64,000 nt of DNA from Phoronis australis (taxonomy: Eukaryota > Animalia > Phoronida). Every line of letters starts with the position of its first letter. The first letter of the stretch is position 1. The notes below the pieces were generated by a model, which ran no database searches, was not told the origin of the DNA, and worked only from the letters and a program-made list of their open reading frames with translations. The stretch is taken from positions 146,753 through 210,752 of the forward strand of contig NMRA01000583.1 of the NCBI GenBank assembly GCA_002633005.1, given 5' to 3'. The position numbers and the translations under genes were made by a program. This document shows, one piece after another, positions 53,500 to 64,000 of this stretch.

Positions 53500-56400
53500 A
53501 CAAGTCTGAGATTCTAACCTGAGCAGACTGTGCTCATCAACCATTAAAGGCAACCAATCTAGGAGAAGGGTACTCCGAAATAAAACCATGTGCTGCCACG
53601 ATCGCGAAGAATATTAGCTAATGACAGGATGCAGAACTTCTGTACCTGTATAACCTACCCTACAGAAGAGAACTAGAAATGCACTTGTTCTACCCATATG
53701 GCCATGCAAACAGATATTGGATGACATGATGCTTGTCCCGTGGTACACCGTGCGATGAGAGCGCCTCGAAAGGACACACCTCTAGTGACTGGTGACTCGA
53801 ATCAAAGACTCAACCGAAGACAGCAACATTAAATGCTAGCCAGTCAGCATAGTCAGTAGGAAACGTAACTTTCACCGCTAGTCTTCGTAAAATGGAACGC
53901 TGGAGGTCCTCGCAATAAGAAATACAAGCTCAAAACAGAGCAAGAGTGCACCTTCTGTATCCATAAGGCACAAAATATAGATGGTCATCGCTTCTCTTCC
54001 AGAGGTTACGATCTCTGCCGACATGACGGAATCAAACGTTCCAAAGGAGGCATTTTCACCCTCATAAGGAACACCATCCGAGCAATAGAGACTGGGAAGT
54101 CACTAGGAGACAGTGAATTCATTGCAATGAAAGCTTTATTCCACGGGAGATAAATCATAATCATCAATTTCTATTGCTCACCTGACAAAGACCTGCATCT
54201 CTATACCCTTTCCCCGTCTTCCTAAGACCTGCTTACATCCGGGACTTTAACGGGCACTTACTAATCTGGGGATATCAAGACCTGAACAGTAGAGGAGAAC
54301 ATATCGAAAACTTTATGACCAAAAACTGTCTCATCCTCATCAAAAAGCCCGACGTCAATTCAACCTGCCTGCCCCAAGCCTGAAGCATGTATTCCAGACC
54401 TCGCTATAGTCACAGAGGACACCCAGAAGATATATGACAGGAATTTTGAAAACCAGTCCTGCTGAATCTCTCATTAGCAGAACAACGCTCATCGACAACA
54501 AAGCAGCCTGAAAAAGACCTAACTCCAGAAATCACAACAATCTACAACACAGCAAGAGGTGCATTTGATGAGGAGAAAGTATGTCAGGAGACTCACACTG
54601 TTCTGAACTTAATTGTTCGTTCTCACAAAGACCCTAAACGACGGTCACCAGTTCACTCTAAGAGCAAGGCCACCAAAAGAAAACGGAATACTTACTCTGG
54701 GAAAAGTGATGTCTCCCTGCTTGCAGAGGATTTTAGAGATGACATGCTCTTAGATACACCCAGAGAGAAAACAGTAGAGGTATAAACAAAGGGAAAGGGT
54801 GAACTTACGATGCAGTAAAATGATAATCTGACGACTACACCGCCAAAAAACTGAATAGTTCCATCAGACAGCTCAAGACCAAGAAGGCACCTGGAAAGGA
54901 AGGCATCAGAAGTGAGATGATTGAACACCTGGGCAATCACGTCAAACAGAAGCTTCTGGACATTTATAACTAGTCTTGGTGAGTAGGGGTATTTCCGGTC
55001 AGCTGGATGGAAGACATAATTATTCCAATCTTGAAGAAGGGGAAGCAAAGCAAAGCAAAGCAAGAGCAGCTATCGTCCCATCAGCCTCCTCAGCTGCCAA
55101 AGCAAACTCATGGAACGCATGGTCAACAAACACCTGCAATATCACCTGAAAAAAACAGGCAAATTAACCCCACCCACTCAGGCTTCAGGAAGAATAGAGG
55201 CACAGGAAATCAGATCACACCGGTGACCAACACATAGAAAATAGCTTCAAGCTGAGAATGAATAATAGAAATCTTTTTAGACCTAACCAAGTCCTTCGAC
55301 AACGTCTGGAAAGCTTGCTTTTCAAGCTCCTCTAAAAGCATGTTTGTGGCAAAATATATACATGAATGTGAATGAACAGATATGCGCGAGAAAAGCTGGA
55401 AGGACAAACAAGGAGTACCCCATGGCATCATAATTGTGCCCACGTCCTGTGTTGTCTTTATTGATAACATTGTTGACCACCTGCCCATGAAAATCTAAAG
55501 GCTTCTGTATTTAGACGTCTGGCTGTATGAATAAAAGCAGACTACATCACCATTGCAGCGTATAGGATGCAAGAAGCCACGAACTTCATCCTCAATTGGT
55601 CTAACGGTGGATGGTCACGATCAACACGATCAAAACACGTGCTTCTTCCTGTCTCGCAAAAAGAGAATTCTCCCTTCAGCCAGAATATTCCCCACCAAGC
55701 AATCCCTACCTACTAAACTAGCAAGAGGCTTACTTGGTCCACATGCTGCGATTACGAAACTGGGTGGTACCAGGTGGGGCGCTAATGTGAAGATCTTGAC
55801 TAAAGTTTACGCAGGATCCGTCAGACCTCAGATGAAGCACGCCTCAAGGGCATGGTCTATAGCTGCCAAAACCAACACTGACAACTTAGCCAAGGTCCAG
55901 AATGCTGGCCTGGGCTAAGCAACAGGAGGCGTGAAGACCCCCTATCACTACAAGGGAGGACAAGGCGTGCTTAAACTCACTGAAAGAGCAAGAAGATGAA
56001 GCGACTTCCATCACTTCCACTGCGCTAAAAACTCCAAGCTCCAATCAAAACCCGCATTAAGAGACAGGGCCCAAACCAAATCATCAAGGTGTTTTAGCAG
56101 AAACACCAACCACTAGAAATGCTCAGACTTTCAAGAATGGTCGCTGGACGCTCCTCCTTTCATTCTTGACATTCCTGGGATTCGTTCAAATCAGACAAAG
56201 TAGAGGCTGTTTTGAGGGCCCTAACACTCGAAAACATAAACATAAACTATTTCACCACCACCTGGACCCGAGGCTATACAGATGGATCTGATGAAAATGC
56301 TGTCAGAAGCCGGGGAGGTGGTGTAATCATCATATACCCAGACGGCAGTATTCTAAGCAAGTCCATTACCACAGTCCTTCACTTCACCAACTACAGAGCT

Positions 56401-57020
56401 GAGACAAATTCTTGTACCAGACACTGAACTAGCAAACAATTCTGCCGGATTAGACAGTATTTCTCATAGACCTCCAATCGCTCCTGCAGAGCCTACAAAC
56501 GAGAGGAAGGAACTAAATCATACAAGACATCAACCAGGAGATGCACATTCTCTACATCAAAAGCCCTGTTGTGCTGCAATGGATTCCTTTCCACTGCGGC
56601 ATCAGCGGCAACGAGGAATCAGACAGACTCTCTAAGGCAGGGTGCAAACTGGAACAGACGCAGAACCCATCATCGTATGGATAAACAGAAACCCTATTTT
56701 GTATCCAGTTTAGAAATGACTGGAGGGAACGCCTACGTCTGGGGACTCTATAATACGATATTTACCAGCTTGACCATCAAGAACAAGTCGCCATCTTCAG
56801 CCTACGAGCTGGTCACTGTGAGCTCCTCTTCTACACGCATCGCCTGAAAATCACTCACACAGACCCCCAGATACCTGAACACTTACTACTTATCTGCCCT
56901 ACGTTCGACACCCTAAGGTGCCAAACATGACCCATTTCAGTGGAGCTGAAATTAAAACTACGGGGCCTCTCATCGATGCGACGAAGGCCACAGAAATTGA
57001 CCAGAATGCAGGACTGGTGT
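53500..57020 (+). mobile_element. Decayed non-LTR retrotransposon (APE endonuclease, RT, RNase H; I-group-like)
   Basis: Fragments across frames: KWNAGG (~53890), DFNGH (~54243), HSGFR (~55175), FLDLTKSFDNVW (~55275), GVP (~55411), WGANVKILTKVY, YTDGS (~56275), LQWIPFHCGISGNEE (~56575). Many stops and frameshifts. Ends approximate. Confidence 0.85.
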
Positions 57021-58446
57021 AATTTTTTATGATTTACATACCAACTTCTTTTACGATCTTGTTTCGTACTTTATTTTGATCGTGCCTTCTGGAGTTACAA
57101 TTCACAAGGCCACAAGCAGACATAAGGAAGCTCTGCCCCAAGAGACCTATACCAGCAATATATGATGCAGTAACGTGGATTTTTAGCAGTTGGTTAACTC
57201 ATGGTTATTGGGTAAAATACAATAGTAACTGTTTGGTTAACAAAGTAGGTAAGATAATATTCTAAAATATGACCATTTTTCTAGAGAGGATAAAAACATG
57301 TTAGGCATCTCTTGGCCCCAAAGGTCTAAGACAATTAAATTCAGTCGTCCATTGCAGTAGAACATTGTATTTCTGAGGCTCTCTCCCACCTACCTAGTTC
57401 TCGTTCAACATATGTAATTTCTTATCAGAAATGGAGACTTGTACTTTGACCACGAACAAGAGGTCACCATAAAGTAACCGAAATTTATGCATGTACTCGA
57501 AAGCAAATGAGAAAATTAGAAACATTGAAAGCAAGCAGGAATGTAGTATTTGTTAATTAAACAAGATTTTTTTCTGCATTTTGCACAACATCAGTTTTTG
57601 TAGCAGTGTCGTAGCCCTGAAGTCATTTTTGTACTTGCTTTAGGGAGAAGGCAACCTGACACTAATCAATAATAGTGTTCAAATCAACATTTTTTTATCA
57701 AATTGGGAGCACATTAATGATATATCAAACGTCCCGATTAATCTCTTGGGACGAAAAAATGTCGAAGGAAGACTTTGTTTGAATAATATGTAAAGATATG
57801 GAAATGCCATTCTTCTGATATTATGAATTGCATGCACTATTGTGTACACTATATGCATGTACATAGTAACTGCGTTGTTCCGGGCATTTCTATTTTAGTA
57901 CAGATTTTGATTTGTTACCATTTGTCTATTATTCATTTGTCAAATATTTTTACCGTCCCATTAAACATGTTGTTGTCATCATGATTTCTCACTAAATTAT
58001 TTTGGAGTTACAACTAAGTGGTCACAAGCAGAAGTCATTCCTACGCCTTGCTCTCAAAAATCAAACACGTCAAACTTTACGTGTGTATTACAATTTTCTG
58101 CATCCTGTTACTGTACCGTAGACATGTACACTTGACTCTTGCAAGGTCAACAACAACAACAACGTGAGGCACAGTCGTAGTAGAGCCGATGTCTCAAACC
58201 ACTGATGTGGCCCGAATTACATTCAAAATCCCCACCCCCCCCACGAGACAATCACGCAAACGCCGGTTCATGATAGACACAGTGACCCAAAAAACACTCA
58301 AGTGCTAATTACTATTCAGATCCGTTACATCCCTACGAACTGTGCTTGCACCAGTGCCAACGAACAAGTCAGTAGGTGTCCCACCGTTACAAAAGCTGGA
58401 ATAGGGAAATCCATTTAGGAAAGACTCAGCAACATGTTATACAAGA

Positions 58447-59376
58447 ACTCTTCGTCACCTGGCATCTGGATCCAAGTACCACGACATGCAGTATGCCTGG
58501 AGGGTCCCCCACAACACCATAAGCATTGTAGTCAGAGAAGTGTGTGAGGCCATCATTAAAGAGTATCTGGATGAGCAGTTGTCACCTCCAACCACTGAGC
58601 AAGGCTGGCTGCAGCTGGCAAATGACTGGTACGAGAAATGGAATTTCCCCCACGTCATTGGTGCTATTGATGGGAAACATGTGACGTGCAAGGCTCCCCC
58701 TAATTCTGGATCTGAGTTCTACAATTACAAAGGTTTCCTCAGTGTGATCCTGGTTGCCGTGACGTCTGACTACAAGTTCTTGTGGGTGGATGAGTCTGGA
58801 AATGGCTCAGCTTCAGATGCTCAGATCCACAACAACAGTGACCTGAAAGATGGTCTCGAGAATGGCACCATCACCTTTGTCTTATGACACTCAAGATGTA
58901 CCCTACTTCCTGGTGGGATACGATGCCTTCAGCCTGAGGACCTACATGATGAAGCCCTATGCAGCTAAGAACCTGGAGAGGGAGTACCGCATCTACAACT
59001 ACAGGCTGTCCAGATCCAGAAGAGTGGTGGAGAACTCGTTCGGCATCCTGGTGAACCGTTTTCAGGTCCTATTGACCACCATGAATCATCACCATGAGAC
59101 CGTCAGATTGATTGTGAAGGCCTGTGTACTCCTACACAACACCATGAGAAATCGATACCCAGTGCTCCAAAATTGGTTGATGTCCAAGATGCCAATGGCA
59201 ACATGCAGCCTGGTGCCTGGCGACAGGGACGGAACTTGGAGGACACCAGCTTTGTGCAGGCCCCAAATAGAGCTTCAAAGGAAGGGAAGAAGCAGAGAAA
59301 CTTGCTACGCCACTGGTGCAACTCTCCAGCTGGTGCTGTGCCCTGGCAGGACCGTGTGGTGGATATGAATTTGTGA
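58447..59376 (+). pseudogene. Harbinger (HARBI1-like, DDE_Tnp_4) transposase, truncated and frameshifted
   Basis: TLRHLASG..., WNFPHVIGAIDGKHV, FYNYKG, GYDAF, YNYRLSRSRRVVENSFGIL. Split over three ORFs (shifts near 58880 and 59172). N-terminus missing. Confidence 0.9.
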
Positions 59377-59389
59377 ATGAATGCAGGAT

Positions 59390-59569
59390 GGATGCATGTG
59401 TGTTTTTTAAAATAAATAATCGATAAATCATTTTTGACACTTGTTGTTTTTTCATGAATTTGGGATCATTATAACAAAAGGATGCATGTGTGTTTTTTAA
59501 AATAAATAATCGATAAATCATTTTTGGCACTTGTTGTTTTTTCATGAATTTGGGATCATTATAACAAAA
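59390..59569. repeat. 90-bp tandem duplication
   Basis: Two copies starting ggatgcatgtgtgtttttt with one mismatch, just after the transposase stop. Confidence 0.92.
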
Positions 59570-60074
59570 CATCCACAATGTAGTGAAATACCTGTCATCA
59601 CACAACCTAAAAGTCCTAAGGTATAATTCAAGAAATAACATACCAAAATATTGGTAATTTCATTCATATTTATCACTGATTGGAACGGTTACATCATCTT
59701 GTGCATACGCAGTTGAGACTGAAGTATGTATAACTGATATAAAAAATGTTGCAAACCCTCAATTTATGCCATATAGCTTTTTTACTCTATCATTTTGGAC
59801 CCACTGAATAATATTTTTTCACTATTTCTTTCACTTCTTATTTCTTAATTATTTATTTATTTTTTCAGTTTATTATTTCTCTTATTTATTAGTAATTTAC
59901 TAGATTCTCTCTTTTTGCTACTTTCTTAAAATTAATTTTTTTTGAATTTCTTTGTTTATTTATTTTTTTATTTATTTATTTTCCATTGCCCATTCAATTT
60001 TGAACCTTTCATACAAAAATTAAGACAACTTTTTATAAAGAACAATAACAACATTTATTTACGTTCATATACAT

Positions 60075-61144
60075 TTAGCATCTGTAGTCTTTATCTTGCT
60101 GCCCTGGAGCTGGGGGTGTGCCCAGAGACTGGCCGCTTGTCCTTCTGGATTCACTTCCCATGAGCTGGCTGTCAACACTAAACGATGATAGGTTTATAGA
60201 ACCATCCAGCACATCATGGCTGGAGGAGAGAAGCTGGGTGATAGATCCGGAAGACAAACGCTCCCCACTTGAAGTGCTTGGCATCTGGCTCTGGCCCTGA
60301 CTCTGTTGCTGGTACTGCTGGACGGGTTGCTGCTGCTGCTGCTGGTACTGTTGGTACTGCTGGACTGGCTGCTGCTGGTACTGTTGGTACTGCTGGACTG
60401 GCTGCTGCTGGTACTGTTCGTGCATCACAGGAGGAGCAGACATCGTCTGTGGAGGTCGTGGAGGCTCGCCGTCATCTTTTTGGAAATCAATGAGGGTGCA
60501 GATATGAGTCCTCATCTTCTTGTATTCATCCACTGGGGCTGCACGGAGACTGTCTGCCACATATTTAATGAAGGCCTCCCGTTCTGAAGCAGCCGCCTTT
60601 TCTTCAATAAGCTGCGACAAGAGCTGCTGATGTGTTTTCATGGTCTCCCGGAGCTCCTGCATCCACTCTTCTTCTTGATCACCTGCTTTCTTCCTCCTCT
60701 TCTTGTAAGTTGTCCTGGAAGTCTGGCTGGAAATCTGGGCTGCCTCGGCTGATTCTCGTTCTACGATGTCCAAATTATCTTCTATTTGTGAAGCAGGCTG
60801 GTCACTGTCTGCCTCACTGTCACTATTCCTAACCGCTGTAGGCTGCCTGAAAGTCAGGGCCAAGTTCTTCATGGGTTCAGACCCGTCATCAGCAGCAAGG
60901 TCAGCAACAAGGTCAGCAGCAAGGTCAGCAGCAGGAGGGGCAGACTCGTCTGATTCTGCAGCATGAACTTCCACTTGAATTGTTTGATTAGGAGGTGGAA
61001 GGGTAGGCGACCTCCTAGCAGCAGCACGGGTAGCAGGTTTTTCAGCATCAGCAGCAGCCTCTGGTGGATCCACATGCTCTTCTTTATCAGCAGCCTTCTT
61101 CTGCACCCTTGTCTTTGAGGGCAAGCGACTTTCCTGGGTGGCAT
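60075..61144 (-). CDS. Harbinger accessory ORF2 (acidic, Gln-rich, BESS-like motif); probable 5' frameshift
   Basis: 349-codon open frame. ATG at 61144 (MPPRK) is one base out of frame. Contains basic YKKRRKK, EREAFIKYVADSL...ICTLI and QQYQQ repeats. Convergent with the transposase, as typical of Harbingers. Confidence 0.7.
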
Positions 61145-63256
61145 CTTCTTCAAGTAGTCATGAAGCTAATGAGGATCAAACGATGTCTTCTGAATCGGCA
61201 AAATGTACTGAGGAACTCCAACCAAAGACCGGTTTTATAAGCACGCCGAGGGAGCGTTTTTCGTGCGTGATCTATCAGTGGTTCATGCGTCAGACATGTG
61301 TGAAACGAAAGTGCTTGTAAGTGGAATGTGCGCGAAGCATTAGTGTTTGATCGTGATCCGTCAGTGATTCATGCGTGAGGCATGCGTCGAAGGTTCGTGG
61401 AATACCATATCATTTTGGCTGTTATGCGTCGATATGCGCGATATGTCAGTGATTCATCAGTGATTGTAAGTGATATGTGCGTGGGCCATAGGTGATTCGT
61501 CAGTTATTTGTCAGTGATTTCTAACCTCTACACCCGGAAAATTTTGTCAATTTCTCGACGATCAAAACACGCACAAATTGAATTTGTGCGTGCTGTATGA
61601 GTGATTCATGCGTGATCGGCTGTATGACTGGGCCTTGAACAAGCGACTATTGCACGTCCTCATTTACGCGTTTTATTTTCACGTAATGACTTCAGCTGAT
61701 ACCTGTAATTCAGTGGTTAAGGCGACGGCAGTCGTTACACGAAACTTGAGTGAAGCGTGTTCGGGGATCCGGGTTCGGGTTCCCGCCAAAATATTAATCA
61801 ACACGCGTTAATTACATGTAACAAAATGGGACATTGAACAGTTGCAATTGCCGTGTCAAGCTGATTAGGTGGTACAGTTGGCAATACAATAATTACAGCT
61901 TGGTTGAAGAAAGAAGAAAACTTTGTTTTGCATTTTTGTTCACAATCATTTTTGGTCTTGGAAAAAAAATAACAGCTTAGAATCCTTGAACCTGGAGCAG
62001 AATAAAAGGATGTCACCCCGCCTGAATCGTAGCCTTCACCAGTCCTCCCCGTCAATGGTTCCGTATTTGGTCACGACACATGTATCCTTATTATGATAAC
62101 TATCATTGGATGAAAATATCCATAATACACACATATTACCTTTGCAAAATAAAACATTAACTTGCTCGTCTGTCATAAACGTTAAATATATTCAAATATG
62201 TTTAGGTTGAACGTTTTTATGGTTTCTGATCCACAACCAACATGAGCAAATCCAATGTATGTCGAATTCATCTTTCAAGACCATCAAATCCAACAGATCA
62301 GAGCCCGTTATTTTCTTCTTGACGCAAGTGTAGCCGAACCAAAAAATAGAACAAAACGCAAACACGAGCGTGTCCCTGCGGCGTTTGGCCGGTGAATCAC
62401 ACGTTCGCGTTAGCGTTTAACATGTAACCGAAGCAATATATTGTTGCCATGTGTGTGACATATTATTGTCATTAACACAGTATATTCCTGGAAATAATGT
62501 ATACCGGTGTCATGTTAACTTGGTGTGCGGTAGGGTACGGCACAAACCACTGCTATTCAAAAATGCTGGCTTTGCTTGCAGTTTTTGCTAGTGGCGATTG
62601 CCAAAGAAATTTGAAGAAACTTGGAATACAATACACTGTAGTTAAAAACATACCTGGATTACAAAATGATTGCCCCCGTTCTGTTCACGTTTCCGCCACG
62701 AAAATTAGCAACTCAAAATTAAGAAATTTGTCGATAAAAAGACCACCTGCAAAATGGCGACTTTTACTTCTGTTTCCGTTGCGCCAAATTAAGATCTCGA
62801 GGGTTGGTCTCGTTTCTAAATCATGCAATGGCATTCAATTCCAAACTAGATCATTAGGTTAACGGTTGACACCTTTTCTCATATCACGGCATCAATTTAT
62901 AAGGCAGTATACCTCAACGACAAGATGGCGTCGAGAGCAAGTCGTGTGTGCGTAAAATGTTGACATTTTTTCACATAGCGCACATTTCTTTTATTAAATG
63001 ACTTTTTCTGTTTTGGTTAGGAATTGGTACTGTATTTTGCTTCGTTCAAATCCTGCAACAACCACAGGCACGATTTTAATTTGCAATATTTGGGTTAAAT
63101 TGTGCACCACCGTTTAACAACTTTGTGGAGCGTGTCTGTAATTACTTATTGACAGGTGGCTTACGTGTCTAGGCACAATAGGCATTCAGTCAGGCCACAG
63201 ATCATACCTACTCGCATGGCCTGAATTCTTGTTGATTTGCAGCATTTTCATTTTAG

Positions 63257-63301
63257 GTGTACCGAGCTTGCCTTTTCCAGTTCCCCCAACGCGACCGCAG
63301 A
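63257..63301 (+). CDS. 45-nt exon paralogous to 52639-52683
   Basis: ttttcattttag| ... a|gtaagt, same length and phase. (C)VPSLPFPVPPTRPQ vs CDLAEPFLISPRQPQ. Flanking intron sequences are also homologous. Confidence 0.5.
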
Positions 63302-64000
63302 GTAAGTAAAGCAACCTTCAAACTTAGAAAACATTCACTGATGCAATTGCACGCAAGGAATTTCCGCGCTCACATTCGATGGCCCATCATGACAACCCAA
63401 GCCTTTGGGCTTATTTTAGGTTTCAACTTAGCACATGCTTCTACTGCAATACAAAAACATGTACTGCCAATTTATGAAAAGGCAGTCAAGAACATTGCTG
63501 TAGCGTAGCCAGTGGCTTGTTAAATCAAGTTTGAAGATATGACAACTCTTATGCTGTTTTTGACGTTTCAATCTTCAACAGGAACGGGGTACTTTCCAAA
63601 TTCATTTGGAGCAATGAAAACACATGAGACTAGTTAAGGGTTCATAGTGCTCACAACACAAGCAAGCAGCGAGTCACTTATGTTTTTGTTTTTGGTACAA
63701 ACATGTCTGAGACACAAGAACGCAATTAACAACATTACACTTCAAAGGTTAGAAATTGAGATCACTTTAATACTGTGTCACTGGAATAAAAATTGTGGAA
63801 GGAAGACAATATAATCATTATGGTTGCATTATTTCTAAAGTTATTGAAAGGTCTATCTTCAAATCTTATGACTGGAATGTAGAATTGTGTATGCAAGTAC
63901 ATACAATTTCTCGTTTTACTAATTGAGGACCTCCTTGTATGTTTATTTGAAAACATAACTTTTTTAGTTTGTTTTCGTTTGTTTGTGATTGTCTTGCCAA

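Larger units (their letters stand above)
58447..61635 (+). mobile_element. 5'-truncated PIF/Harbinger DNA transposon with two convergent ORFs
   Basis: DDE transposase on +, accessory ORF on -, right TIR gtatgactgggcct followed by TGA. No left TIR. Confidence 0.9.

Noticed and set aside
61700-61790. tRNA gene
   Set aside because: Only loose A-box and B-box matches with no cloverleaf. At most a decayed SINE head.
62497-62862. 121-aa ORF or second THAP relic
   Set aside because: The resemblance is faint, spread over frames with stops, and not supportable by eye.

Overview
AT-rich, intron-rich animal genomic DNA, probably a marine invertebrate such as a mollusc (inferred from repeat content). 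Most ORFs in the supplied track are spurious; the real genes are spliced and were rebuilt by hand from GT-AG sites and frame continuity. (1) A 5-exon + strand gene (7257-20603, 196 aa) with signal peptide, divergent CUB-like domain, TM segment and CCCIYCCCVKK tail. (2) A 9-coding-exon - strand phospholipid scramblase (35098-25355, 256 aa). (3) A + strand secreted TSP1-domain gene (47321 to at least 52683, 3' end unresolved), with a diverged paralogous segment near 63.2-63.9 kb. Mobile DNA: two inverted solo LTRs with separate TSDs, Kolobok-, Harbinger- and MULE-like MITEs, a decayed LINE with RNase H, and a 5'-truncated two-ORF Harbinger with its own MITE 10 kb away. A 1.36-kb tandem duplication next to an N may be an assembly artefact. 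I found no firm evidence for a wholly new system. The best leads are the uncharacterised membrane and secreted proteins and a possible TACATGTA excision-footprint signal.
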